64,000 nucleotides of DNA from an uncultured Candidatus Saccharibacteria bacterium (GCA_964478705.1 CAYZIR010000003.1:17223-81222), one strand, 5' to 3'. Positions 8,829-18,818 are shown, numbered from the stretch's first letter. The notes: a model not told the origin generated them from the letters alone. Translations and numbers: made by a program.

Positions 8829-10619
8829 TTACTCTTTGCGTTTTGCTTTCGAGCGTTCGTTCTCGGTCAAGAATTGTTTTCGCAAGCGCACTGACTTCGG
8901 TGTAATTTCAAGATATTCATCCTCTGACATGATTTCAAGCCCGCGCTCAATAGAGAGAATGAATGGTGGAACGAGCGTCAACGCTTCGTCGGTTCCCGAT
9001 GCGCGAACGTTTGAGAGTTGTTTACCCTTCGTTGGGTTAACCGGCATTTCCTCACCCTTTGAGGTGTTACCGATTACCATACCTTCATACACTTCGGTTG
9101 CAGGACCAATATAGAGCACACCGCGATCCTGCAATCCCCAGAGAGAGAAACCGAGCGACTTCCCTGTTGCCATTGAAATCATTGATCCAACGACTTTACG
9201 TCGGATTTCGCCAGCGTATGGGCGGAAACCAATCACACGTGATGCAAAAATACCTTCTCCTTTCGTATCAACAATAAATTGGTTTCGATATCCAAGAATA
9301 CCTCGTGTTGGACCCTCAAAGATGAGTCGAACACTCGTCTCATGTTGCTTCATATCTTTCATGATGAATCCACGCTGACCCAGTCGCTCAATAACAACGC
9401 CTTGGTAGATTGCTGGCGTGTCGATTGTCACTTCTTCAAACGGTTCAACCTTCTTCCCTTCTTCTTCCTTAATGATTACTTGTGGTTGTGAGACCTGTAC
9501 TTCGTATCCGGCACGACGCATGTTTTCCAAAAGGATCGAAATATGGAGCTCACCACGGCCGTATACCTTAAAATTTTCATTCGTTGCAAAATCAACGCGA
9601 AGTCCAACGTTCACTTCAAGCTCGCGTTCAAGATAGTCACGAATTTGACGTGATGTCACATACTTTCCTTCTTTACCAGCAAACGGAGAATTGTTGACCA
9701 AAAATTGAAGGACGATGGTTGGTTCGTCAACCGCAATCGCAGGAAGCGCTTCGGCATCTGCGCTCTGGCATACCGTCTCACCGATGTCGATTGCAGGCAA
9801 ACCGGCAATAATTGCAATATCGCCTGCGCCCGCTTCAGCAACCTCTGTTCGCTCAAGCCCAGTAAAAGTGAAAACGTTCGTGATTTTTCCAGGTCGTGTC
9901 TCCCCTTTCATATTTTTTACGAACACGTTCATACCTGCTTTCACGGTACCTTCATAAATACGTGCAACGGCAAGTCGACCGAGGAAGTTATCGTAGGCGA
10001 GGTTAAATGGCTGTAAACGAAGTGGTTTTGCAGACAGCTCGGCTGATGATGCAACAGGGACTTTCTCAAGAATCAAATCAAGGAGTGGCATCAGGTCTTT
10101 TTGTTCGTCGTCGAGCTTTCGCATCGCAACACCGTTGCGTCCAATTGCATACATCACTGGAAAATCTGCTTGCGCATCAGATGCGCCCAGCTCAAGGAAG
10201 AGTTCGAGCACTTGTTCCTCACAACGTGCAGGATCCGCGGCGGGCTTATCGATCTTGTTGATGATGACAATTGGTTTCAATCCGAGTTCGAGTGATTTCT
10301 TCAATACAAAACGAGTCTGTGGCATCGGACCTTCCTGTGCATCAACGACCAAAAGGACCGAGTCGATTGAACGAAGAACGCGCTCTACTTCAGAACCGAA
10401 GTCGGCGTGACCGGGGGTGTCAACGATGTTAATCTTCGTTCCCTTGTAGGAAACGGATGTGTTCTTGGCGTAAATGGTAATACCACGCTCTTGTTCAAGG
10501 GCGTTTGAGTCCATCGAGACACCTTCTTTGGTCGCCCCTGTCTGGCGCATCAAAGCATCGGTAAGAGTCGTCTTGCCGTGGTCAACGTGTGCAATGATTG
10601 CAATGTTTCGTATTTCCAT
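8829..10619 (-). CDS. typA: Translational GTPase TypA/BipA
   Basis: AIIAHVDHGKTTL G1, DTPGHADF G3, NKIDK G4 and BipA C-terminal domain; 596 aa. Confidence 0.95.
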   Translation of the reverse strand: MEIRNIAIIAHVDHGKTTLTDALMRQTGATKEGVSMDSNALEQERGITIYAKNTSVSYKGTKINIVDTPGHADFGSEVERVLRSIDSVLLVVDAQEGPMPQTRFVLKKSLELGLKPIVIINKIDKPAADPARCEEQVLELFLELGASDAQADFPVMYAIGRNGVAMRKLDDEQKDLMPLLDLILEKVPVASSAELSAKPLRLQPFNLAYDNFLGRLAVARIYEGTVKAGMNVFVKNMKGETRPGKITNVFTFTGLERTEVAEAGAGDIAIIAGLPAIDIGETVCQSADAEALPAIAVDEPTIVLQFLVNNSPFAGKEGKYVTSRQIRDYLERELEVNVGLRVDFATNENFKVYGRGELHISILLENMRRAGYEVQVSQPQVIIKEEEGKKVEPFEEVTIDTPAIYQGVVIERLGQRGFIMKDMKQHETSVRLIFEGPTRGILGYRNQFIVDTKGEGIFASRVIGFRPYAGEIRRKVVGSMISMATGKSLGFSLWGLQDRGVLYIGPATEVYEGMVIGNTSKGEEMPVNPTKGKQLSNVRASGTDEALTLVPPFILSIERGLEIMSEDEYLEITPKSVRLRKQFLTENERSKAKRKE

Positions 10620-10620
10620 A

Positions 10621-10747
10621 CTTGTGAATTAATTGCACACGTTGTGCGAAAGGGGTCGGGAAAACTCTAGTTTTCCCGTATCGGAGAGCAGGGCGAAGCC
10701 CGCTGAGAACCGAGGGTTCTTAGGAAGTGGCGTAGCCACGACTGAGG
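10621..10747 (+). mobile_element. 127-nt multi-hairpin insertion (repeat family copy A) flanked by 32-bp direct duplication of the typA start
   Basis: 10589..10620 is identical to 10748..10779 (gtgcaatgattgcaatgtttcgtatttccata). The insert has palindromes gcacacgttgtgc, gggaaaac/gttttccc, gggcGAAgccc, ctgagaacc/ggttcttag, gtggc/gccac. Core 10688..10728 is identical to the reverse complement of 21853..21893. Confidence 0.6.
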
Positions 10748-10842
10748 GTGCAATGATTGCAATGTTTCGTATTTCCATATAAACAAAAAGAGCCGCGAGG
10801 GCTTTGACCCATCATACGATAAAAAGCTCTAAAAGACAACTC

Positions 10843-11436
10843 TTATGGCTTTAACCAGTGTCGCAACACCACGTGTCGGATACAAAGATGTATGAGTACA
10901 ACGACAACGACAAAAATGAGAAAGGACACCTCAAGCACGTGCACCATACCTGTGAATGTCTGCAATGTCATGTTGGTTGCATACGCAAGGAGAAGAATAC
11001 AGAGTGCAAGAGAAGCGGTCCCCAGTATATTCACAAACAGATAGCGCCAAAAAGGAGTCTTATACATACCGGACATCACTTGCACAACGGTACGCGTTCC
11101 GTAGACAAATTTTGATATGTAGAGCGTTTTCAATCTATGAACGATGAAAAAAGATGCGATACCTTCCATAACGCGCGACGCTCGTGACCCGATAATCCGT
11201 ATGACCGTGGTGCGAGCGAGGGATCGTCCCAATGCATACCATACGAGATCAGAGAGAAGCGCCGCGCTTATCATCAACCCGATGATAACCGATGTATCGA
11301 ATGTGCCTCGAAACGCCAAATACAGCGAAGGGAAAAATACCGTTTCCCCAAAAAAGAACAGACCAATGAAGATAAATATATACGGATGCAGGGAGAACGG
11401 TTCAAGAAAACTCTGTAGTATCGTCAAGAAATCCAT
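10843..11436 (-). CDS. DedA/SNARE-associated family membrane protein
   Basis: …FFGETVFFPSL… DedA motif and multiple TM helices. Confidence 0.75.
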   Translation of the reverse strand: MDFLTILQSFLEPFSLHPYIFIFIGLFFFGETVFFPSLYLAFRGTFDTSVIIGLMISAALLSDLVWYALGRSLARTTVIRIIGSRASRVMEGIASFFIVHRLKTLYISKFVYGTRTVVQVMSGMYKTPFWRYLFVNILGTASLALCILLLAYATNMTLQTFTGMVHVLEVSFLIFVVVVVLIHLCIRHVVLRHWLKP

Positions 11437-11511
11437 ACCTGACAGTGTAACAAATATCTGTATCGCTCTGTAAAAAATTTTATTTCACGACACTCGTAAT
11501 GCAACCATCAT

Positions 11512-12069
11512 TTACAATGCGCGTGCTGTAAGTCCGATAATGGCAATACCGATGAAGTTAAAGATGAATGAAAGAGTAACAAACCACGAAGCACGAATAC
11601 GAGCGAGACCCAGCAAACTGACGCCAAGTTCGTCCGGTAGTGGCGACGCGATAACAAATCCACCCGCAAGAAATGTAATGAATCGAACAAGCCTTGAGCG
11701 CATCAAATGTCGTGCCCGTTTCCACATATTTTGATGATGCACAAGTTCCACCAAATGGCTTGAGAGTTTGTCTTTAACAAACATAAATATCACCAAATCC
11801 CCAATGACAGCACCGAGTGCACCGAGGAGTGCTGTGAGCCACACACTCTGAGCTTGCGCAATTTCACCAAGCGTCACGATTGCGGGCGCCGTGGTAAATA
11901 CTGTCGTAAAAAACATCCCCGCGATGAAGCTTCCGATGAGTTCAAGCTCTTGTGTCGATGTGAGAATACGAACAAGTATATCTGTCTTTACCAAGATAAG
12001 AGCAATGATTATTGAAAGGACAATAATCCCGACATCGTGAAGTATGAGCGCTGCCTCGTTCTGTTTCAT
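11512..12069 (-). CDS. Hypothetical integral membrane protein
   Basis: Five or six predicted TM segments; no recognised motif. Confidence 0.5.
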   Translation of the reverse strand: MKQNEAALILHDVGIIVLSIIIALILVKTDILVRILTSTQELELIGSFIAGMFFTTVFTTAPAIVTLGEIAQAQSVWLTALLGALGAVIGDLVIFMFVKDKLSSHLVELVHHQNMWKRARHLMRSRLVRFITFLAGGFVIASPLPDELGVSLLGLARIRASWFVTLSFIFNFIGIAIIGLTARAL

Positions 12070-12453
12070 TTAGAAAATATAGCGTCCAAAAATAAGAATA
12101 CCGACACCAAGTGCCATACATGCCGAGATAAGAACGGCTGACGCAGCGACATCTTTCGTGTCTCGTGCGTATGGATGGTACTCGGGAGAGGTGAGGTCAA
12201 TATCAATTTCAATCGCAGTATTAAATGCTTCTGCAGCCAAAACAATACCTCCGACAAGAATCAAAACAATCCACTCACTGTGTGTAATGCGAAAATAAAA
12301 ACCTAAGAACAGCGCAATTGCAAAAACAACAATGTGAATCCACGCGTTATGAGTGGTCTTGAGGAATATCCATAGCCCTCGCCCTGCGTGGGTAAAACTC
12401 TTCGCGCGTTTTACGAGCGAGAAATTCTTTTTGTCATCCGGTGTGAGCTCCAT
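12070..12453 (-). CDS. dgkA: Diacylglycerol kinase / undecaprenol kinase family (DgkA)
   Basis: …AEAFNTAIE… prokaryotic DAGK signature; 3 TM; ~125 aa. Confidence 0.8.
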   Translation of the reverse strand: MELTPDDKKNFSLVKRAKSFTHAGRGLWIFLKTTHNAWIHIVVFAIALFLGFYFRITHSEWIVLILVGGIVLAAEAFNTAIEIDIDLTSPEYHPYARDTKDVAASAVLISACMALGVGILIFGRYIF

Positions 12454-12478
12454 AGAGAAAGTATACCAATAAAATCTT

Positions 12479-12799
12479 TCAGGAAGTGGGCTCTAGGTGG
12501 GAGAACCATTTTTTATTGATGGCTGAAACGAGATCGATTCCTTCGTTGTGAGCAAAAACGAGCAGGTAGCCAAATACGTCAGCACATTCTTGCGCAAGTA
12601 ATTCAGCAATTTCCTCTTTACTCTTCCCTTTCTGTCGCCCTCGGTCGGTGAGCATGAGATATGCTTGTATACATTCGCCCCACTCTTCAGTGATTTTAAA
12701 CGGAAGATAGTCAGTGCCCATGTGAACATCTGGATACATTTCTTTGTATTTTTCTATAAGGAGTACAGCTCGAGACGTAAGAGTAGAGAGTGAATCCAT
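12479..12799 (-). CDS. MazG-like nucleotide pyrophosphohydrolase domain protein
   Basis: Small all-alpha protein with a MazG-like EEWGE…E pattern. Confidence 0.5.
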   Translation of the reverse strand: MDSLSTLTSRAVLLIEKYKEMYPDVHMGTDYLPFKITEEWGECIQAYLMLTDRGRQKGKSKEEIAELLAQECADVFGYLLVFAHNEGIDLVSAINKKWFSHLEPTS

Positions 12800-12801
12800 A
12801 C

Positions 12802-13377
12802 TTAATTGCCATAACGTCGAATAACGGATCGAACAACCGCAGCAACATTCATCTCCTCTTGAGGATAGATATTTTTATATTTTTTATTACCGGGCTCAAG
12901 ATAGAATCCATCAGCATTTTTGCGCAAATATTTTAGCGTCCACCCCCCATCAATGTACGCAATAACAATGTCACCGATTTTGTGTTTATCGGTACGTTCA
13001 ACAAGAACAAAATCTCCTTCAAAAATGCCGGCATCCTCCATCGAATCTCCTTTGACGCGAAGAATGAAGGTTGCATCATGATCACGAACCAACCATTCAT
13101 CGAGTGTTGTAGTATCAAAAACCGCTTCATCAGTTGGCGACGGTATACCAGCCTCAACGAGACCAAGCATTGCAATTTCACCAAAGAGCTTTGTCGGCGT
13201 AAGACGACCAAGATGGTCTTTCATTACGACGCCGGCATCTAGAAGTTTATCGACGACCTTTGCAACCGCATTTTTTGATTTAAAACCGAAGAGACGCGCC
13301 ATCTCTGCATACGACGGCATCCGTTTATTCGTTCCGTAGAAACGGTCTATTTTTTGTGAGTATTCGTTGAGGTTCAT
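12802..13377 (-). CDS. lexA: LexA repressor (S24 peptidase)
   Basis: N-terminal wHTH, VKGDSM Ser nucleophile motif, and catalytic Lys in …TLKYL…; 191 aa. Confidence 0.9.
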   Translation of the reverse strand: MNLNEYSQKIDRFYGTNKRMPSYAEMARLFGFKSKNAVAKVVDKLLDAGVVMKDHLGRLTPTKLFGEIAMLGLVEAGIPSPTDEAVFDTTTLDEWLVRDHDATFILRVKGDSMEDAGIFEGDFVLVERTDKHKIGDIVIAYIDGGWTLKYLRKNADGFYLEPGNKKYKNIYPQEEMNVAAVVRSVIRRYGN

Positions 13378-13571
13378 TAGAAGAGTGCGATTGCACCTGC
13401 AAGACGCGCAAAGAATGGTTGACGACGCTCGCGTCGCGCTTGCTGTATGAGTTCGCGGTGACGCTTTGCTTCAGATCTATATGATAGCCCGTGAAGAATC
13501 TTTTCATCAATGAGAAGGTTGAGTGTATTCAACTGATTCTCAATGCTCTCCTGGTATTGTTTGTAATTCAT
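13377..13571 (-). CDS. Small hypothetical protein co-transcribed upstream of lexA
   Basis: 64-aa ORF overlapping the lexA start (ATGA) and downstream of the LexA-box promoter. Confidence 0.4.
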   Translation of the reverse strand: MNYKQYQESIENQLNTLNLLIDEKILHGLSYRSEAKRHRELIQQARRERRQPFFARLAGAIALF

Positions 13572-13615
13572 AGTGATATGCAGTACTACTCCCCTGTAAT
13601 GATGATTGTAGTATA

Positions 13616-13633
13616 GGTGAACAGTCGTTCACC
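13616..13633. promoter_or_regulatory. Cheo-type SOS box (GAAC-N4-GTTC) in the spacer of the lexA operon promoter
   Basis: Perfect palindrome GGTGAAC-AGTC-GTTCACC. On the minus sense it lies between TTGCAT (-35) and TATACT (-10), 45 nt upstream of the operon start. Confidence 0.7.
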
Positions 13634-13670
13634 ATGCAAGTATACCTGTGGACAACTCACGTATGGCACG

Positions 13671-13700
13671 AAAAAGCCCGCCCCATAGCATGGGGCGGGC
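13671..13700 (-). terminator. Rho-independent terminator after the ABC exporter gene
   Basis: gcccgcccc-atagcat-ggggcgggc hairpin followed by T-run on the minus strand. Confidence 0.65.
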
Positions 13701-13714
13701 GTTGAATTACAACC

Positions 13715-15538
13715 TTATGCCAACAAATGATCTTGCCCAGCGATGAGCTTGCGAAACGTCGGTGACGTTTCGACCAGCTGATCAAACGATGAGCCGATCG
13801 ACTCAATCGTACCCTTCGCCAGAACGATAATGCGGTCTGCATCACGTACGGTCGAAAGCCGATGAGCAACGACGAGCATGCCAGATCCGTTAATCCACTT
13901 ACGAAGTCCTTCGAGAACTTCGGTTTCGGTGGAAGAATCAAGGGCACTCGTTGCTTCATCAACAATGAGAAGTTTCGGACGTTTGATAACCGCTGCTCCG
14001 ATTGCGAGGCGTTGCGCCTGACCGCCAGAGAGTTGCACCCCATCCCGACCAACGACGATATCAAGAAGATTCTCGTTCTTTGGTCGTACGCCGAAATCAA
14101 TCGCAAGATCGGATACAAGCTCAAGCAAGGACTCATCAGTCCACAGGTCGCGCTCATGTTCCGGAATACCGTACAAGAGATTGTCTCTCACGGTACCATC
14201 GAAAATGAGTGGTTTCTGTGGGATGTATCCAATTGCGTTCAAACGCGAACCGCTCTCGTAGGTGCGGATATCTCGCCCGTTAATGAGCACACGACCCGAG
14301 AGCGGATCCATGAAGCGCATCGCAAGGTACTGAATCGTTGACTTCCCCGAGCCCGTCGGACCGATGAGCGCAACAGTTTCTCCGGGAGAAACTGAAAACG
14401 AGATGTCGCGAATTGTTTCGTCCGCATGCGGATACGAATACGACACGCGATCAAACTCGAGTGTAAGCGCACTGCTCGCATCGACAACCTCTGCACCGGT
14501 ATCATCAACGGCATCAGGAGTGATATCGAGCGTTTCGCGCATCACCTGAATCGCAGGAATTGCCGAATAAATGTTGCGCTCGATGAATCGAACACGCCAG
14601 ATATTCGAGATGATTTGTGATGACCACGCGAAGAGTGGATACAGCATACTGATTGTCGCTCCGCTACCTTCAACAGCCCGCATCGACTCACGGCAAAAGA
14701 CAATCAGCATGGCGACAACCATCAGTGAGTCCATCGCTGTGACGTGCTTGCTGTGGTGTGTCCAGAAAATCCGGTCACGCACGGCAACGTCAAGCCACCG
14801 TTCTGTGATCCGCCCGACTTCAAAGCTCTTCCGGTTCGACGTGTATACCCGCTCGAAAAGCCGGAATACTTCAGCGAAGAAACGCCTAAAGCGACTGAAG
14901 TCACGCTCAATCGGTGTGCAAACAACGGCGACAAGATAGTTCAGATACACTGACCATGCCAAGTTGATGGCGATGGCGATCCCGAGAACGACTCCACCAA
15001 ACGGCGAGACCGTCCACACAAGAACGTATGCAATAACAATCATACAGGCTACTTCGACAAACTCGGGAATTTGCCCGATGTACATGTCAAAGGCCTTGTC
15101 TTTCCCTTTGCTGACGCTCTCGTAGTTCAGTGTTTTTACGTGACGGTGTTGGCTCGGTGACTTTTCAAAGAACCGTTCCGCGACTCTGACATAGATATTG
15201 CGCGTCGAAAGCCCAAACAGGTGTTCGTGCGCCATCCAGTAGAGAAACGACATAAGCTTGTTGAGAAGCATGAGCACTCCAAGAACGAGCGCCGTTATGA
15301 CGATTCGATTGGAATCTTTGCCAACCACGCCTTGAAAAATCTTTCCGATGACAAACGGTTGAAACATACTCAACGTTACCGCGCCAAATGCAAAGAGATA
15401 TTTCGCACGAAGCCACGGCCGTACATCCGGTGAATCGGCAAGAGCAAAGACGTAGCGAATCGTTCGCAGTGTACCCCAGAGCTCTTTGAGAAATCCCTTG
15501 AACGTTGCCGGAGCTGTCGCTTCGATTTCAGTGTCCAT
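13715..15538 (-). CDS. ABC transporter, fused permease/ATP-binding (type I exporter, MsbA-like)
   Basis: Six-TM domain plus NBD with GPTGSGKST, LSGGQAQR and LLIVDEATSALD. Confidence 0.9.
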   Translation of the reverse strand: MDTEIEATAPATFKGFLKELWGTLRTIRYVFALADSPDVRPWLRAKYLFAFGAVTLSMFQPFVIGKIFQGVVGKDSNRIVITALVLGVLMLLNKLMSFLYWMAHEHLFGLSTRNIYVRVAERFFEKSPSQHRHVKTLNYESVSKGKDKAFDMYIGQIPEFVEVACMIVIAYVLVWTVSPFGGVVLGIAIAINLAWSVYLNYLVAVVCTPIERDFSRFRRFFAEVFRLFERVYTSNRKSFEVGRITERWLDVAVRDRIFWTHHSKHVTAMDSLMVVAMLIVFCRESMRAVEGSGATISMLYPLFAWSSQIISNIWRVRFIERNIYSAIPAIQVMRETLDITPDAVDDTGAEVVDASSALTLEFDRVSYSYPHADETIRDISFSVSPGETVALIGPTGSGKSTIQYLAMRFMDPLSGRVLINGRDIRTYESGSRLNAIGYIPQKPLIFDGTVRDNLLYGIPEHERDLWTDESLLELVSDLAIDFGVRPKNENLLDIVVGRDGVQLSGGQAQRLAIGAAVIKRPKLLIVDEATSALDSSTETEVLEGLRKWINGSGMLVVAHRLSTVRDADRIIVLAKGTIESIGSSFDQLVETSPTFRKLIAGQDHLLA

Positions 15539-15590
15539 GTCTCTTCTCCTTAGTGTAGAAGAACAATTGTTGGATTTGGTTGTGAAAGAA

Positions 15591-15622
15591 CAAAATACCC
15601 CGCCGGAATGGCGGGGTATTTT
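15591..15622. terminator. Bidirectional hairpin terminator
   Basis: accccgccggaatggcggggt with flanking A-run and T-run. Confidence 0.5.
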
Positions 15623-15932
15623 GAAAACTTAAAAAATAGAAATTAAGTCCTCAGAACACACCGCCCATAGGCTACAAACGATGCAAAGGCACCATTGCCC
15701 TTGAATGCTGAAAGCACGACGCTATCACGCATGCAAGATGCCTCAATATTTGAAATGTGTGCGGTTGTTTTCATGATGTGACTTGCGTAAAGGCAAGGTA
15801 AAACCATTATATCATTGATGTTATAACTGTCAATCACCACTCATATCCCCTTTTTCTTGTCGTTTATAAGCAGTCTCTTGATAAAAATTGACTTATAACT
15901 TCAAGCCTGTAGGCTGATTCTGGAAAAGCACC

Positions 15933-16976
15933 TTGAAAGGAGACGTGGTGATTCCCACTGACATCATCGAACGCATTGGAAAATTGCACGGATGTTTGTC
16001 GACCATCAAAACAACGAGCGGACGACGACAGTTCCCCAACCGAGAAGACGTGCTTCCGATGCAAAACATCTTCATCTCGGACACGGCAATTCTCATGAGT
16101 TCCAAAGTGTTTCGTTTGCTCGGATTGAAGACGCAGGTCGTCACGAGTCCACATGATCCGTTCATTCGGAATCGCATGACACACGTCATGGAAGTTGTCG
16201 CGTGTGCGACTGTTCTCGCCGAGATTCTCGGATTGAACACCGATCTCACGCACGCGATTGCTCTCGGACACGACATCGGACACGTGCCGTTCGGGCACCC
16301 CGGTGAGCACTTCCTCGCGAAAGCAATGGGACGTAAAGAATTCTGTCACGAAGTGCTCGGACCACTCGTTGCACAGAAAATCGAGCGACGAGGTTCGGGA
16401 CTGAACCTAACTTTTGAGACGCTCGACGGGATGATGCGTCACAGTGGCAACACTGCTCGCGAGGGCATGACCCCCGAAGCCTGGGTTGTGCGCTATGCCG
16501 ACAAACTCGCGTATATCTTTCATGACTGGAACGACATCAAGCGGATGGGGTACCCTGTCCCTGCCGAGCTCGTTTCACTCATGCATGAGTTCGGAGCAAA
16601 CCAACGCGAGCGAACTTCCACAGCAATGTCGGCACTCATTGAAGAATCCGCCGACTGTGGGCACGTGAGTTTCAAACACTCCCCACTCGCGCAGAAGTTT
16701 GAACAACTGCGCTCGCTGATGATGGGAATCTACCCACATCTGACACAGCAGGATTTGAGCGATGTGATGTCACCGGTTCTTGAGTTCCTGAAGGGACTCG
16801 ACATCGGCGACCCGTTCCTCCTTTTTTCGCTGATGACTGACAGGGACGTTCTTTTTCTTTCTGAACAGAAAACGAAAGACATCACGCACCTTCAGCACAC
16901 AGCGTTGAAAGAAATAATTCCTCACCTTTCGACCATCGGACCGATTGACCTTTGTTGTCCGTATCTCGACTGGTAA
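15933..16976 (+). CDS. dGTP triphosphohydrolase-like HD-domain phosphohydrolase
   Basis: RMTHVMEVVACA…ALGHDIGHVPFGH matches the dGTPase HD motif block. 347 aa, shorter than canonical Dgt. Confidence 0.75.
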   Translation: MKGDVVIPTDIIERIGKLHGCLSTIKTTSGRRQFPNREDVLPMQNIFISDTAILMSSKVFRLLGLKTQVVTSPHDPFIRNRMTHVMEVVACATVLAEILGLNTDLTHAIALGHDIGHVPFGHPGEHFLAKAMGRKEFCHEVLGPLVAQKIERRGSGLNLTFETLDGMMRHSGNTAREGMTPEAWVVRYADKLAYIFHDWNDIKRMGYPVPAELVSLMHEFGANQRERTSTAMSALIEESADCGHVSFKHSPLAQKFEQLRSLMMGIYPHLTQQDLSDVMSPVLEFLKGLDIGDPFLLFSLMTDRDVLFLSEQKTKDITHLQHTALKEIIPHLSTIGPIDLCCPYLDW

Positions 16977-17106
16977 TACCGTGAGCCTCTCCACAATCCG
17001 GAGAGGCTTTTTCGTACCTATCACCACACACGACTTCACATCATAGCCATCAAACTCTAACAGAGAAACGCTGGAAGCCCTTCGCCGAAGGCTATACTAT
17101 GGGGTT

Positions 17107-17748
17107 ATGGAACATCATCGAAAAAGCTTTTGGGAACAAGCCGGCGGAGCATCCGACTATAACGCTGAATGGAAAGAAAAAATCACCGGATACCTAAAGA
17201 AAATCTTGAAGCGAGAAGGTATCGAAATAGGTAGTGTCATTATAGATCTCGGTTCCGGCAAAAGACCTGTCTCTGAACACATCGCGCCTCCCGACAGCAA
17301 AGTTATCTATGTCGATTTTAACGCACCAGAAAAAGATCATGCGCACAATCAGCATGTGCACATCCAACGAGACATACACACTCTACTCGACGACGACTCT
17401 TTTTCTGCAAAACGAAGTTCGGTGGAGGTAGCCAAGTTTCTCGATGTAGCTCCTCGAAGTGACGACAGAGAGCGTGTAGATACCGTTATCATTTCGGATA
17501 TTTTAAATTACGTACCCTCAGAAAAAACCTTAGGAAAAATTCATACGTATCTAAAGCCAAACGGCATCGTAATTATCTTAAATCAACCTGGAAGAACGTT
17601 TGATTATGCTTCTCACACATTGAGCCCCGAGGGAGCTTCAAATAATAAAAATCTGAAGTCGTTCCTCACCGACACATTGGGAATGTCTCCTCTCTATGAA
17701 GAAACAACAAAAGAGGACTACTTCATTGGCGTCTACCAAAAACAATAG
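17107..17748 (+). CDS. Class I SAM-dependent methyltransferase
   Basis: Motif I IIDLGSGKRP, motif II/post I …VIYVDFN…, motif III PNGIVII. Confidence 0.7.
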   Translation: MEHHRKSFWEQAGGASDYNAEWKEKITGYLKKILKREGIEIGSVIIDLGSGKRPVSEHIAPPDSKVIYVDFNAPEKDHAHNQHVHIQRDIHTLLDDDSFSAKRSSVEVAKFLDVAPRSDDRERVDTVIISDILNYVPSEKTLGKIHTYLKPNGIVIILNQPGRTFDYASHTLSPEGASNNKNLKSFLTDTLGMSPLYEETTKEDYFIGVYQKQ

Positions 17749-17762
17749 TGAAACCGCTGTTG

Positions 17763-18215
17763 CTATCCATTGAACGCTTCTTCTATTTTCGCAATTTCAA
17801 TCTTGGTCATCTGGAGCATGGCCTGCATTGCTCGTCCGGCTTTTTCTCGGTCTGGGTCACTCATCATAGTCATCAGAGCTTTTGGTGTGATCTGCCATGA
17901 AAGACCGAATTTGTCTTTCAACCATCCGCACGCTTGAATCTCCCCGCCGTCTCCCAATTTCTCCCAGTAGTAATCAACTTCCGCTTGGTCATCACAATTA
18001 ATCATCAGCGACAGTGCTTCATTTAGTTTGAATTGCGAACCACCGTTGAATGCGATGATGCGTTGCCCTTCGATTTCAAACGTCACACCAAAGGGCTTAT
18101 CGTCAGGTCCCGGCATGACACCAATAGTTTTTGAATTCTTAAAAATTCCGAGATAGAAAGCTACCGCGTCCTCTGCGTGGCTACCGAACCAGAGAAATGG
18201 GGTAATTTTGTTCAT
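17763..18215 (-). CDS. VOC/glyoxalase-fold protein (PhnB / 3-demethylubiquinone-9 3-methyltransferase-like domain)
   Basis: …ITPFLWF… start, …FGLSWQI… pattern of the PhnB-like family. Confidence 0.65.
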   Translation of the reverse strand: MNKITPFLWFGSHAEDAVAFYLGIFKNSKTIGVMPGPDDKPFGVTFEIEGQRIIAFNGGSQFKLNEALSLMINCDDQAEVDYYWEKLGDGGEIQACGWLKDKFGLSWQITPKALMTMMSDPDREKAGRAMQAMLQMTKIEIAKIEEAFNG

Positions 18216-18264
18216 GATTGTTATTTATTTCTATAAATGCTGTGAATCCATGCTGAAACTTTTC

Positions 18265-18765
18265 TTATAGCATTTCTGATGCTTTGATCTTATCGAGCAA
18301 GGCTTCATGCTCGCACCTAAAGATAAAGCCTTCACCAAGCACAATATCGTGTGTCGTGTGATGCGGACGCTCTACTTTAATAACTGTTTCAGACACCTCA
18401 AATTCTTTGATCATGTCGTCATATGAAAGCGAAAGCGGGTAGACTTCGATGTGGTCGAATCCTTCCTTCTGAGAGCCGTCTGGTTTCTGATCGGACAATT
18501 CAAGGAAATATATTGTACCGAGCTCTGTCTCAATACCTTTCTTCAAACGTATGTACGCAATCCGCCGTTTTGAAATGATGGACTGATAGATAAAATCACT
18601 TTCGTCTTCAAACATCGCTCGCATGCTTTCAAACGACTCCTTTGAGGCACATTTCCAACAAATGTGATCCGCCTGTGCCCTTCCCTTGAGTGTATGCTTC
18701 TTTGCGAACGAATCGAAAAGAGCCACAAATCTCTCCGATTCCGCATGCAATGTTTCGATTGTCAT
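18265..18765 (-). CDS. VOC-family / YecM-like hypothetical protein
   Basis: 166 aa with YecM-like layout (…HICWKC… …DHIEVYP…). Confidence 0.45.
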   Translation of the reverse strand: MTIETLHAESERFVALFDSFAKKHTLKGRAQADHICWKCASKESFESMRAMFEDESDFIYQSIISKRRIAYIRLKKGIETELGTIYFLELSDQKPDGSQKEGFDHIEVYPLSLSYDDMIKEFEVSETVIKVERPHHTTHDIVLGEGFIFRCEHEALLDKIKASEML

Positions 18766-18818
18766 GATTGTTAGTGGCTACCTGACCTATCGGCAGGCAG
18801 GAATGATGTTAAATCAGC

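Noticed and set aside
15864-16349. 161-aa and 127-aa minus-strand ORFs inside the dGTPase-like gene
   Set aside because: They overlap a + strand gene with unambiguous HD-domain motifs; antisense shadow ORFs.
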